Shown one piece after another: positions 37,401-52,700 of a DNA stretch of 64,000 nucleotides. The stretch's first letter is position 1; the number at the start of each line of letters is the position of its first letter. This stretch comes from Trichoplax sp. H2. Its lineage: Eukaryota. The DNA lies in the NCBI GenBank assembly GCA_003344405.1, contig NOWV01000003.1, positions 1,240,001-1,304,000 on the forward strand. The letters run 5' to 3'. The notes below the pieces were generated by a model. That model did not search any database. It was not told the origin of the DNA and saw only the letters and a program-made list of their open reading frames with translations. The position numbers and the translations under genes were made by a program.

Positions 37401-38123
37401 CAGATATTAAATTAGAAGTGCCAATAGGTACGCACATCAACTATGACTATAAATTTAGAATTACATCACTAATTGCGTCTATATCTACAGTATATAACAT
37501 TTTCTTTTTAATGGTATTTCTTTAGCTGTGAATGGCAATATTGTGAACTGGATAGAAAGTAAAGCATCATTCGGTGATGAGCATAGTCATGCCACGTATA
37601 TGAAGGATCAGTATTATAGCTACTTAAACAGGTACTTGTAATTCTTATGAAATTTTATGAATTATTTCTTATGTTCAGTATTTACTAGCTAAAGTATTTG
37701 AAAAATCTATAATAATATAATGTCAGTAGACATCATTACCTTTGTAGCTCTCACAGATTATTACTGTAGTAAATGTAAATGTAACTATTGTATGTTTATG
37801 CATGCTAGTTTCAAATAGTCATTTATTGATTTAAATACCAAGGTATAAAAATGGATTGTTATTAAAATATTGCTTGACCTATTTACAAGTTTAAAGGCTG
37901 CTTACAATTATAGTTAGTCCGTATGACTCTTGATCCATTAGAGATAAGAATTAAGATTAAGACCATTTCATTTGATAACAGGTTCGGACCAGGGATGGTA
38001 ATTTACTGGTTTGGATTTATTAAAGAGTTAAATTTTGACGAGCAACCTGGCATCTTAATTGTGGACTCTTTTCCTTTAGAGATAATTACACTTAAAGCAT
38101 GTACAGATCATGACTGTAATTAA
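34493..38123 (+). CDS. CDIN1: CDAN1-interacting nuclease 1 (C15orf41, PD-(D/E)XK-like), about 286 aa. Exons 34493-34590, 35212-35257, 36306-36370, 36544-36604, 36682-36760, 36837-36916, 37016-37065, 37147-37214, 37362-37427, 37526-37631, 37982-38123
   Basis: Spliced translation contains [125 protein letters not shown], matching human C15orf41 throughout. Eleven GT-AG exons, in frame (861 nt). Mostly missed by the ORF track. Confidence 0.92.
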
Positions 38124-39104
38124 AGTCTAATGCCAATTTGATATTGCTAGCAAATTATAACCATATGCTATTACTGTAGTTTTCATTTTTACATTATAAT
38201 TATCAGTCTTACTACTCGCGTTATTGCCGATATAGCAATACATTTGTGGTTGCGCACTTTACTATACATTGGGTATTAGTTATACGTATGTACAGTACGC
38301 TACATGGATTTTCGATACCGTAGTCATTTGTTCTGTAAGCATCTCAATTTTACTGTATAGTATAGTAGTAATGGTAGTTAATAAGGCGCAATATCAGATG
38401 GAACGGATATACGAGTAAATTCTATTTGGAATATTCACTTGCTGTAGTACAGTTTCATTTGTATTTATTACGTAATTCTGTGCCAAACAAGAAGCAGAAC
38501 ACTCGCATGTTACCAAGGAATTTCAATAAATTAAAAATAAAACGTATTGTACAGTATTTTTTTCGTTGTCATGCTGGGAATGCTTTCTGTAAATTGTAAA
38601 TTATTGTCCTGACAGTGCATTTATTTAAGGCCGGTGCTACACTCATTATCATTAATCCCACTTTCTTAACCATAATTTGAATCGGCTTTTATACACTATA
38701 CAAGTGTACTCCCGCTATACTGTATGTATATGACCAGTAAGAGAGACCAGTGAATGCTTTCCGAAACATACACGCGGATACTATCTATCTTTTTATATTA
38801 TACAGTTCAAACAGAGAAACCGTTTATTTCAAGATCGAACAGTACACCCGCTGTATTAGCGCGATATTGGCGATTAGCAGTAAGTTACAATGAGGAAAGT
38901 TACTGGTAAACTTCGCTAAATACAATGTTACGTTGTTTTCGATCATAGCAATCCATGGCAATACGTAGTCTCTGAAAGCATACAGTAGTAAGTAGTGAAT
39001 CTCCCAAGTAGGTTACACCAACAGTATAGTACTAGTATGAGAGCATGGTCACGTGATATTTTAGGTTAGGTTAAATAAAGAATTTTCATTAGAAGTGATG
39101 TTTG

Positions 39105-39176
39105 GGGGATATAGCTCAGTGGTAGAGCGCTCGCTTCGCATGTGAGAGGCCACGGGTTCAATCCCCGTTATCTCCA
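39105..39176 (+). tRNA. tRNA-Ala (anticodon CGC)
   Basis: GGGGATATAGCTCAGTGGTAGAGCGCTCGCTT-CGC-ATGTGAGAGGCCACGGGTTCAATCCCCGTTATCTCCA: A and B boxes, cloverleaf, G3:U70 alanine identity pair, followed by an oligo-T Pol III terminator. Confidence 0.96.
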
Positions 39177-40784
39177 GTTTTTTTTTCTTTTCATATTGTT
39201 AATAGTAAATTCAGTTTAGTTTATGTAGATTAGATCGGCCGCATTAATTAATTATTACATAGACAACAGATGATACTGCTTGATATCTACAATCACTAAC
39301 TTAACCCGCATACCATGCCATGCGAATGAGATTTCTGATAATATTAATCGATATTATACTGAATGCAAAAACGGCATAGTCGCGCCTGACTCAGCCTAGC
39401 AGAAACTCCAGCTCATTGATACTGTACTTCACTTAGATTTAATAAATTATCTCACTAATACCACTAAAAGCAGTTTCAAACTGTCCATGTGTCATACGCA
39501 CACAGGAATAAGTTAACTGTTAACCAACTCAGCGGCTATTTGAGAGAACACCTATAAATAGTATAAGGACTGGTAAGAATAGGAGAAGATCGTGGGATAG
39601 AAATTTTAGAATACTAAATTTAAAGAAATATCGTATAAATATCGTATACCCTATATGACTAGCTAATCGTGATCTCCTACTTTTTCTAAAGGTGCAGATC
39701 GGAAATACTCATAGCATACTATCATTATAGTTAACAGCAATGTTGCACACCCAAATATCGACAATAAACGTATACTCAAATAGATTTAAATGCTTTCATG
39801 TAGCAGTAAAACCATTTAATATTTTTTCTGACAGCAATCACTTTTTCATGACGCTTTGATCTATTACTAGTTGCTTAACAACAACAGAAAACATTACAGC
39901 ACTCATTCCACACTTTAATATTGAAGAACGTATCATATAAGCAAATAGTGTGCTAAAATTATGCTATAGATTAAGCACAAGCGTATTAAATATTATCATC
40001 ATTGGTTTGTCGTTCAGGCAAAAATAGCTCGATACCATCCGACTCAATTAAGAAATCAGAAAAATAACACCCTTAGTTAGTATAAACACACTGATATCGC
40101 ATGACAACATATTAATTACATATAGCTATCACAATTGTTATAAATACTGCCATAAATACTGCGTTATAATATACGCACTGTGTTATATGCTATAGAATAA
40201 CAGTGACTTTTCAGCTATTGTTTTATTAGATTCTTAGCATTACTTCACGAAAGGGCAAATAAAAGGGGATAATTCGGTTTGGTCAGTCAGATTGTACTAT
40301 TAGTAATAATTTAGCAAGAACTACATCGCCTACTAGTATCAATCTGTTAATTTGGTTACGAATGCAGTATAAATACAACTGCATAACTTTTCCAATTGGT
40401 TACATTATGTACTGTAATCGGGCCTAAGGATGTAGGTTTATTAATTAATAGATAAGGGTAAAATTTAATGCAACGACTGAGACGTTGGTTAAAATTTGTT
40501 TATAGGCACAATATAGTTATCTTTTACTAGCGGATAAAAAATGATTACTTCATCGAGTGAGATAAACAGGAAATATTTCTGACCCTTAGTTTTGATATGA
40601 ATAATAATAAATTAATTGTTATAAATAATTTATGTACCAGTAAAATCATTAAAATGATCTACTCCATAGTACTACATTGAAATCGTTACTAAATATTTCA
40701 ATAGTGCCATTATAAGAAAGCGATCACAATTTGTTACTATAACTTGTTACTATGTATCACTTCCATTCGAGTACGTTTGATATC

Positions 40785-43700
40785 TTAGGAAGGATGTAAA
40801 TCTAGAATCTGTTGTGTCATAACGTCACCTGATTGAAAAATTGTTGAAGATGAAGGCGGTTGATTTGATCCTTGCAGGAATGGATGATGATGTGGACCGC
40901 CAGCTCCGCGCACTGGTGGCGGTGGCGGCATCATGATAGGGTGATGTGTGGCTTGACCATGCTGTAGATATAGAGAAGATGAATGAGATCCAGCTGAGGT
41001 ACTAGTCGTAGGACCGCGAATAACGTGAGGAATGGGCATAGCGGACATAGAAACCACGGGATTGAGGCCAGGATCAGAGCCACATGTTCCCATGTTGAAG
41101 GGTACACTTGGTATACTACCAATATCATAAAATGGAGATTGCAAATGGTCTATTCCGTAATTTGGTCCTACATGTGACGATGTCGGTGCTGACATTGCTC
41201 CAAATGATGGGTGACACTGACCAGACGGCTTTCGACGACGCGATTTCATAATAACAGGTGGTTTACCGGTACGATTTGATGCATCGATCATTGGCTGTAC
41301 AATTCTACGCCTTGCGTTAATAAACCTATGCATATTTTATACGTCATGATCAATTAATCTAGTAAGTATCTATGCAGCTGATGTTTGGCATAAAGTAATA
41401 AACAGTAAAAACAGTTTAACACTTCATGCACTAAATAGAATATGTTCTGATTAGCGGGACTTAATTACTGTCAGAAATGAATAATGGCGGATTACGTAAA
41501 GTATTAAACTAGGATTCATTTTCTTAAAGAGCAGTACTATAATAGTTAATCCAATACAAAAATCGTTCAATCCTAAGTGCTAACCTAGATACTGCAATTG
41601 AAATATAATTATAGTTTAGTGTCAATTCTTTGCAACTTATTGCATCTCAGGTAAATTCCACTTAAATCAAATTTAGAATAACTACTAATTTATGACATAT
41701 ACAGTATAGCAAATATGAACTAAATCTTGGTGGCAGGGAAAAGTATCGTATTCGAATTACGAAGTGTTACATTTGTATAACTTCTACATTACGATAACTT
41801 TAAGATACCACTTATATGAATATTTGTTGTACGTATTGGTACTGTATTGCATTGCATTACTGTTATTAGGCTGTATGCTATGCTGTATACTCGAATATAC
41901 AGTATGTGTAAAGAATAAGATTTGCGCATAAATAGGTGGCAGAGTTAAGAATAAAGTCAGTTACGAGTTAGGGGTAAGCAGTGTGCTTTGACGTCTGCGC
42001 TCTAGACCAGCACATGCGAAGAGGCTGGTAGAACCTTTACCAAGTCGCAATACGAAGCATGGACATGCCCAGGACTTACTGGCACATTACTGATATTTAG
42101 TAATCGAACGTACGCATAATTACAACCTTATTTCAAATTTTTAAAGTATTAATGGTTGATTTTTTAAAAGCAAACTTCAAGAGTTTCAAAAGTTTTGTTG
42201 CAGTAAATTGTATATTATCGAAACAGTACCAATTATTGACTTGTAAAATAGTTAGACTGGTTTCTTCAGCTAACATTCGTTTTCTTTCTTCAGATGGATA
42301 AGGATGCTATTGGAAATTATTTAATAGTATGAGTATGCGACAATTATATAATTACAGCTTATATTAAAAATAAGTACTGCCAAGCCTGAAAGTTATTTTC
42401 GATTTACTAATTATTGTATTACCCCTGCCATTCTAATAAATTATAACTTATAAAATTAATGTATACACGTATCCTTATTGTTTTTAAATTCTTCTATCAA
42501 ATTTTTAAATCGATCTGGACATAAGCGACATTAATATTTGGTTGAAAAGCAGTATCAATCGGGCAAATCTTACTCCAAGGTTTTGAAATAACCAGGCTTT
42601 CATAACATTAGTTGCTGATTTTGGGAATATTCCTCTCTTCTTCCTCTTTTTGTTGCCTTTGTCGTCATCATCATCATCATCGATGTTTGCATCTAGAGCA
42701 GTGAAATTATAACAGCAAATTAATATCGTAAATATGAGGCAAGAAAAATTGACTGCAATCATTGGATGACAATTAACTCCCATTTTCTTAATACTCTTAG
42801 CTATTTGATGGCTGCAACCAGTGAATATGAAAAATACAAGCAATTTATCATATTTGATAAAAATTTTAAATACAGAAATTTAAGTTGCAGCGCTAATTAT
42901 TGTAGTCAATCTTATTTACAAACGGTGTTATTAATAACAATAAGGTAACTGTACGCTTGTGGTATTGGTTTCACTCCGACCAAACTTTCTAAAAGTGCGG
43001 AACTATTTCACGAAGCTTTAATTGCAGAGCAGATAGTAAGTTAAGAGAACATTTCTTTACTTGGATATCAAAATACATCAAGTCGAAGGCAAACTTGCGC
43101 GATTGTGTTTGATACTCTGATCTACGGATTTATTGTACTGTATGCTAGATTCGATATAATGCCAGTTATTCTTAAAATATAGCGCTTTAGCGGGCAAGAG
43201 ATTATAATAAATTATTAGCTTACGGTTACGAAGTATCTGTTCCATAGCAGCTGTAACATAGTTTTCGTATATGTCTTATTTAGAAATTTTATCAGCAATG
43301 CTTTATCTATGATGCCTTCTATGTTTTTATAGTTAATTGCGTAGTTGTATAACATATATGTACCGTAATGATAGCTAGACAATGTTTATGTAGTTTTACC
43401 ATAGATTGACTGATCTTTAATAAAATTTTGGTTCAATTTTATTTGAGAAACTAGAAGTTTATAGTAAACACCTAATAATGGGGAATTGTCAGTCGTAATG
43501 TAGGCAGATATTGGGAAGGAAAAGCTTGGCCGCAGATTTGTAGTTGTATAAGAACTCTTTTAGTAGTTTAAAGTTTTCTCGTCACAAATTTCGGTGTTGT
43601 AACACTTACCTGTTACATTAAGTGGACTAGAATGGGTGGAAGACTGAGCGGGCGTTTGATGCTGCGGTATAGGCCAATTAGTTATGTTGCTTGGCTATTA

Positions 43701-46700
43701 GTGGAATAAGTAATTACAAAAATATAATATTAATAGGAGGACCGAGTTAAAGATAAAATAACCCCTACTTTGATAATTTTGTATCGATAACAAGAAGCAG
43801 AAACCGATCACAAAGTACAAATGCAAAAGTTCTGCACGTATAACACAACAAGAATACAATTGAACTAATCATAATGCACCGACTAAATCTTGAGAAATTA
43901 GGCGATTATTGCGAATACAATGACATATGTGATTACGCATAAATTCTTTTATCAGTTAGCTAAATTTGTTAATGTTACTGACATATGACAAATAATGATG
44001 GTATTTTATTATTAAGATCGCGTTTTAAATGACAATAAAGATCCTGAAAGCAAACATTTCGAGAAGATCACGGAAAGTTCCCTGCAGTGTAGCCAAAATT
44101 GTCACACGTTATCATTTTTACGAAATTTGATAAGATTATTATTCAGATATAGCAGATAGACACGATTTAATTTTCTAGACGATTACATTAGACAAAGTAA
44201 CCGCCTAATTCCTCCGTTATTAACGCTATCTAGCAAGACTAAGTTAAAATGTAGGACATACGTATAGAATACACTGTAAGCTTAATGGCTGCTGATAGTC
44301 ACGCTGAAATTATTCCCACCGAAAGAAAAAGTCGATACAAACCGTATGGGCAAAACAGATGATGTATCTTATCCTATTAGATTACTATAGGTGCTGTAGT
44401 CGACTTAGAGATAAATGAATAATAAATTCTACTCCACTTTATCCGAACTCGGTTTCCCGCCCGATATAGAACTGACTTAGGTGCACCATAATTTAAACAT
44501 ACAATAAGTTACAGAACAGGATTACTTAAAAATTTCTGGGATATGCTAATATTTCAGAAATACTCGAACACCAGCAAAAAGCGTTTAGTGCATTAAAGTA
44601 ATAGTCCAAGTAAATTTTATTGATGTGATAGTCACGGCAGTTAAATTATCTATTAGATTCATATTGTGTACGAGCAAGGTTAAATTCACACTTTCAATAC
44701 TGCAGAAATTATCAAGTTGGATTTCAATTCAATTATAACTTCATCGACTGTTAGAACATTGGCGTAAGCGGTGAATATTTTGGTTATGTGGTTCAGTAGG
44801 TCTGATCTACCGTTAGAGGGACAATAAAAGTATAAATTTTCCGTTTATGCTACGAAAATCTTCATAGAAGTCGCTGATAATAAATTTGAAATTGTCTGTT
44901 GCAGTTGAAAAAGTGATATCGATGTATCATAATCTAGGCTATTATCTTGTGAAATTATCATAAAAGAAACAGATTGTTATAGATACGAGTAGTGCTGGTA
45001 ACAAGTTCATAATGACTTTTAAGGGATATTTTAAGTTGTTTGAACTCACTATTTTAAAATGATCGTATTCGTATAAAAATTCTACTAATGTTCTTCGCAT
45101 TGCAGTTTTATCAGTTATGAACAGTTAAGTAAGCTTACTAAGTGAATCTTAAGTCTACTTGCTATTAGAAACCCGAAAGCAACTACTCGTACATAATAGA
45201 ATACTGTAGTTCAACCAGTTTTTCCTTTTCTTACAAAGCTGATCAACTGCTATGGCATTTCACGAAAATTAAAAATATTAAAGGACAATTCTGAAAATTG
45301 AACTCCGCACCTCCAATAAGCATTGAAGAACTGTTAATCATGGACAGATTAATGTAATGATATTAGATTGTTGTATCAACAAACCATGTATTCGCTAGGC
45401 ATAATAATTAATAGAGTCTGACACCTTGATAAAAACTAAATTGAATTTTAACCGTAATCTGTAAGAGAAGTGAGTGATAGCTGAAAATCTTTCATCGTAA
45501 ATCAAGATATAATAGCGTCATCTAGTATTATCATGACGACTATCAGGATTTTTCCCTTTCTAACTCAATCGAAACCTATCAACCCTTAACAGGTATTAAT
45601 GATAAAGGTCAATATTACATTGTAGGACAAGGATCAGTCGAGCTATAAAATGAATAATACATATAGAACTCGAATCAAAATAATTACAGTTTACCTTTTA
45701 GCGATTTATGTAAGCAGCTTTAGATATTTAATGATACTAATATGTAGTATAAAATTTAAAAGTTTCAATAGTATAATCAATTAGATCCTAGCACTAAGTA
45801 CAAGCACATGCAAATATAGATTATATAAGTCACATTTTAAGCACGTACTTTTTTGATCAGCCAAGATAGACGCATCTTTTCATGTTTAATCTATAGAACA
45901 CTTAAAATAATAGCTTACTTGCGAACTTGCTACAGGAAATTGACCATGTGATTCGTCCAATTCATGTGGTAATTTCACAGTATTTGGATTTCGTCGTTGA
46001 TTCATGATTAAATCACCTGGCATACGAGTCTTTAATGCTTCAATATAACGCTTGCAGAAGTTATCACACAATTCGTGCACCTGTACAGCATTATTGTTTC
46101 GTAAGTATTAAATGATAGCTTGTCGAAAAATGTTAATAATAATAAACAAAAACTTTTAGCTTTATCTCTACGGCTAAATATAAAAAATAAATTGGGAAAG
46201 GTCGAGAAAAAGATGTACAATGCAATGCTTATTTATCATAAGGTAGAAAGAAGAGAAGTGGGTGTATGAGAATGAAAGTTGATGAAAACTTAATTATTAT
46301 CATAAATTGTTATATTTAATCCAAAAAGATACCACCTTTGATTTACTATTTTACTTGAAAATGAATGCTGACAATCTAAAGTTAGCTTCAATAAGATTGC
46401 TTTATCGTAGGCATAATTAAATTGAAAATTTGAAGTTAACTCATTCTAACATATTTTGTTTTTGAGTTCGAAGTCTAATCTATCGTAAACGACAGACTGG
46501 ATTTATTATAATTTAGACCTAAGGGATGCAACTACTTAGAAAAAATATTAATTGTAATCATTTGTATCACTTGATATTTAAATGTTACACAAGTCATGAA
46601 ATGACTGAAAGGAATTACTAGAACACAAATGAAGAAATCAAAAGAAAATATTGAATATTAAAATATTCTGCGCTAATAAAAATACTCATAAGATTTTGCT

Positions 46701-49700
46701 TAATTTACTAAAGTAGATTTCTAAATTATTTGAGTAGTTTGAATTACAATTCTAAATGCTATAAATGAATAGTTGTTATGTGTGCACATATGATTTAAAA
46801 CTGTAGATCGCTACAGTATCATCTAAAATTCGAGATAAAATCAAATTTTAAATTGGAAAGTATAAAATTAAATTCAAATGATAACGAATAAAAAAAGAAT
46901 TAAAGTATACGGATATTAACCTCCACCCTATCATATGTCTCTAGTATTGCTCAAAGTACTAACTGTTAACATAGCATAAATTTGGTTAAAAAATAAATCC
47001 TACCAGTAGACTAAATACCGTAAGCAGCAAATCGAGAATTAGCATGATATTAAAAGTCACCGTATCTTGAATTACGGTATGTAATAAAGTTAGAAGTAAG
47101 TAACTAAGTATATTTTAAATTTTGTTCATTTAATTTTATAAATAAAAAAAGATCTTTGAATGAACTGTAACCCAAGACTAATTCACTATTTTAAATACCT
47201 AACAGTACCTCATTAGTGCATGCATTTCAAGAATTATCATTCTCATTGCTAAATTAATCACTCCTGTACGGTGTTTTAAGCAACTTAATAAGGCTGTTCA
47301 CATAAAACAAAAAATAAAATTATAAAATACCTTAATTTGCCTTCAAAGAAAGAGATTTTAGTCTACGCGTTTCATGATTCAGATGAAGATCAGTAAACAA
47401 AATACAAGCGCTGATAGAATAAGATAGTGAATCTTATTAATTTGAAATAAAGACTGGGTGAAGAGATAAGTGCGCTTATACTTAATCTGAATTGTTGATC
47501 AATAACTTCGTAATTTGATATGATTTAATATGATAAAATTATTGTGACTATGGGATCTCATACATAAAGTGATAGCCAATCATTGCGTTATTATTAAATT
47601 CCGATTGCGATCAATAGATTGTCATATAAATAAGAAGAAATTATTATAACTCCTGACAAAATTTGAGAATAATAAGACATGGTCAATCAATATATCAAAA
47701 TGAGATCATGAAAGTAATCAATAATTAATTGTAGTAATCCACTCGGCTATGCTTTTCTTGAACGACTCCTCTGGCAGAATTATTTTTAACTTTATCAATT
47801 ATAATTAAACATTTTTAGACTTTCTGCCTATTAGATAATTTTTGATACGATAATGAATTTGAATACTACTTATCAAATCTTAGATACATCATAAGTTTTC
47901 GCAGTAACTAAGTAATATTATAAAATATCGCATCGATAGGCAAAAATTACTAAATATGAAGAGTCTACATGAACATTTAATATAGTACATTTAATATCAA
48001 GCTTACTAATAAAGTATTGACTGAAAATAGTTGCATTATATGCTAAAAATATGAAACTGACTTAAAGCAACTACAGTTTTATATCTAATGAAGTAAATAA
48101 ACACAGGAGCCATAGTGTTAATTACCATGAATTTTACAATAATCCTGAAGTGATTCATGAAGCATTTTAATAATATCCTATGAACAATAAAATCTAACAT
48201 AGCTTAAAATATATGTGTAAGGTAATTAATTTATCGATTATTAAAGGAATATAGTAGTTATCACGCAACAAATATTAGACACTAATAAGCAAATTCCCCA
48301 ACTATGATATGATCATTTCCATTGCTTAATATAATTAATAATTGCTATTACGAAAACATATTATAGAATTTATTATAAATATTCTTTGGCTAAAGATGAA
48401 TCTCCCATATAATGCATGTATACTTTTAGGTATAAAATGATGCATACTGCATACAGTTGTTCGTACATTAATTATTCCCGATAACTATCTAATAACTTAA
48501 AAATTAACCATTTCGGATAAAATCATAATTAAATTATTCGTATGCTAAGGGGTAATATAGTAGATTATTTCATTGAGGGCTTGACATGTTTATAATGATT
48601 TTGCTTTTTATTTGCTCATTAAACATGAAACGGCTAATTGTGTGATAGGCGATTTCAAGGATTATTAGACTTTACGTGGCACTAAAAATTAAAACATACA
48701 TCAGAAAGTATATGTACGCGTAATTATTATATAATGTAAAATGAGAGCTAGAGAGATAGAAATCAGCTATCATCGCAAATATCGTGTAATCCACGTCTAT
48801 AAAACTCAGAATTTAAGCCTTAGCGAAAACTAGTTAACAGTCTCTAAAATGTATTTTACTGCTCTTACATCCTTAATAAAAAAATTGGTGCATATTATAA
48901 TTCATTCTTGGGTTAGTGAATCGTATTGCCCTTCTTTTGCAACATGTTTAGAAATTAGTAAATTGCTTGAAAACGTATAATGATTACAGTACGGTTTCAA
49001 TACTGATAATGTGCTTATATCATGAATGAATCATCCATCGCCTAGTAGTGAAAATTTATTTACTAACGCTCCCTGCAATTGAATTTTAATTTAAAAATTA
49101 CTTATAAATCGTTTTCAAAACTTAAATTGTCAGTCAATCAATTCTGGTAGTCTTCGATAGAGTAAACAATTTCAGAATTGAAAATACGTTAATTATTCCA
49201 GTTATGATGCTATCATGTACGCAGTATTTCTCTTTTACTTTAATTAGCTGAAAAGATTTATCATTCATGGTATTAATACAGGGAGTAACAATGTTACAAG
49301 CAAGTGATACATAAAACGACGTTATAGTATTTCATGCAGATTTCACAACAACGCTGCCTAATTTGCTTGTGACACAGTAGAATCTCACTAAACTGAACAA
49401 CTCTTAAAATATGTCAACTTTTAGAAGACTTTAATTTCGTAGTACTTCGAGTACATATCAATATAAGAAACTGTCACAGCTACAATTAAATCAATATTTG
49501 TCATATCTTTCTAAATTCTCTCTTATAGCCTTGATAACGAATCAATTATTGATTAAAAATTGTCAATCGACGGCAGTGATCTGATTTGAACAAATCAAGA
49601 CAGAAGCTTTAACATCTAGGTTGAGGGTACTTCTCCCCATTTAGACATAAGTAAGTGCCAATGCACTTCTAAATTCTAAGCAATATGAAATGGATCGATA

Positions 49701-52700
49701 AAATTGAAATGAGGAAGAGTGTAATTGAATGGCAATAGTTCAAATCTAACAATCTAGTTATCATCGAGTTTTGACAACAAACGAAAGTTAAAATTATCTT
49801 ACACGGTGAAATTAAAACATTACTCTGTCTGTATTAGTAATTAATAAAAATAGATTACAGCGAATTCGAACTACTTACGTTGTTATTATTACAATATCAT
49901 TAAAGAGAAGTAAAAACTGATTAATGTTTAACTAAAGTATCTTAGCTGCTTGTAAATTGTAATAGCGCAAATAAGTGGGAAAGACTGTAGTGACATTCTC
50001 CAAAATGTACATATATACCTTAGTAGATATAACCATATTTCATTATAAAATACCGTACATGTGAGTACAAAACGAAATATGTGTCACACTGCAATTTTCA
50101 TACGGAATACAAAGTGATTGTTAGGTCTAATTATGATTCAAATTCTTGTATATTAACTTGCAGAAATTATTTCATAACAAAATAACTTAATTTTACAAAG
50201 ATACCAATCCGTGACTTAGTGACCTAACTTTGAACATATGTCATCTGGATTGCTATTAGTTTTAAGGCTCAATTAGCTAAATTAATTGCAGTGGTGATGA
50301 TATTCAAAGACTATGTAGAGATGTTATACCCTGCATCTTCATGCTGGCTGGTGAACTCTATTCTATTATCGAAAATGCTTTTATACTCATGATGAATACT
50401 GTAGCGGCAAAATAATGAAAGATATTTAGATTAAGTTGATTATAAAGATTACTATCATTGATAAATGATATTCCTTCCACATTGACTAGAATCTATTAGA
50501 TAAGAGATTGAACTTAAGAATTTTAACATATCAGACTTTAAACATGCAGATCAATACATTATAATAGGAGTTCTCTTCTATAATATATAATCAACCGGTT
50601 ATAATAGACCATTCTATTCGATTAATAGTCTAATACTTTTTCGATGACGTAGGTACACTTAGATGTGGGACTTGCGACTCATAAAGACATGGTATAAGAT
50701 ATGAAGGTCTAGGGTTTTGCCATAGCTAATTTCTGAAGCCTATTCAAGCGAATGTAGACGTCTGAAGTCGATAGTGCTATTTACATTAAATAAAATGATG
50801 TAATAAATTGCGGTATAATATTCTAAAAATGGTAATATTGTACTGTAGCGAACTAGATCGAAATTTCTCAATCAGTCTTAAATAATTGAATGGAAACTGG
50901 ATAACGCCAGGGCAGGCAAACGATAATAAAAAATTGTTCAGTGAGCTTCTTATAAATAATATAGTACATATTAATGGTTAAACCTAGTGATAGTATCGCA
51001 GTACGATACTTAAGCGATTCTGCCATAAGTATTTAAATTAATATAACAGGGACGCAGTGTCCTGTAAGGCACCGAAACGATAATGCCACGCTCTGATTGG
51101 CAAATGGCTGACACATACGACCTTTTATAAGATTATGCAGTAATATACTATATTTTGGGTAACTATTAATAATTTCTGTTAATATTTACCTAAATAGATC
51201 TAATGTTCATATAATGCAGTAGCTATTTTATAGATTAAAATTCTGTATAGTATGAACGAAGCGATATCAAATTTATATTTGTACCTGTTGCCTTTTAACA
51301 CTGTACTTTCTCGGACTGCAGTTATTTTATTAGATGAAATAACCTGTAGCACTAACAAATCTCTTGAATATGGAATAAAATTGATTGAGTAACGAAAAGT
51401 CAATAGAACACATTACAATAAGTAAATTGCAATGCTCTTTACTGTAAGTCATTTAAGATAGCCGGAAGGAAATCTAAACTCAGACTATTGACAACATAAA
51501 TTTTTCTCTTCGTTCTAGATAATGTATAAAGTTCTGTAAATACGTACTAATTTTTTTCCTATTTAGTGATAAACTATAAAAGTTGAATTGTAGTGCAATG
51601 AGCACAGTATGATTACTTATAGACTAGTTTTATTCTTTTTACGACCATGCAAATCTTTTCTTAATAATTAAATTATGATGTGATGCTCTCTATACTCGTG
51701 TCTTCGGTCACTATACCAGGTATACTGTAGAATGTAGTCTTTAAAATTTGGCCATTGATATTGAATTACTGAATAATCTATAAACTATGATGATGAAAAA
51801 AGTAAAATTGGTTTTCCAGTCACGATGTAACTACTTTATATATGAATTTCAGCAATTAAGTTGAATCTAAAAACCATATACAAATAAAGTACTAGACAAA
51901 TATGAAAATATTTTATGTTAAATTTACTCTTATTTGTTTGCGTCAAAGACTAAGAAGTTATAGTTGAAAATTATACATTTTTATCAATTTCTAATCGAAT
52001 ATACTAATGATAAAGTAAATAGTATCAGATAATCATTCTTAGTAAGATTTCTCTATACTCATCAAACTATAATATAGGTTTTGAAGACATAATTGATTAC
52101 AGTAACATGACACTCATAAAAGTAATAACCTCCTCAAGTACTAAATTACTAGAATGGCTGATCAAAAGCTACGAAAATAGCCATACTGGTTTGAGCATTA
52201 GCAGTACAATATATTGGCGATTTTTTGTAGAGAAAAAGATGACTGTCAGAGATGATGTTAACACAATTACATTTAGATCATAATGAAGATAAATAGGTTA
52301 TATTGGCATTAAGTAGCGAGAACTATGAGGGATTGATGAAAGTAGAAAAGACATATGGAAGGAAAGTAAAAAGAATTCAGCTGCACAAGTCATCGATCGA
52401 CACCCAGTACGGCATTTGACTTAGTACTAGATAATGACGTCTCTCATTTATACCGCGCAGAGTCTAAGCGAGTAAAATGATATAGCGACAAAAACAAATT
52501 GATCGTTGATGATGACAGTTATAGGAATATTAATGATGGAAATAAAAGAAATTAATGATTTTACTATCATCTGAACTCATACTCCTAGTTATGTCCAGGA
52601 AGAGAGTTTAAAGCAAGACAGGAGGAGAAAAGGATGGAAGATTTATGGTTAGCTGAAGAATAACCAATAGAGTGTTCGATCATTTCAAGGTTTATATCAA

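Noticed and set aside
39301..39320. TTAA|CCC piggyBac-like end (also GGG|TTAA at about 9359-9365)
   Set aside because: No matching opposite TIR found; too short to be significant.
41960..42075. GC-richer patch with ctctagac|CAG resembling a hAT junction in a Meis intron
   Set aside because: I could not define paired TIRs or a duplicated target site.
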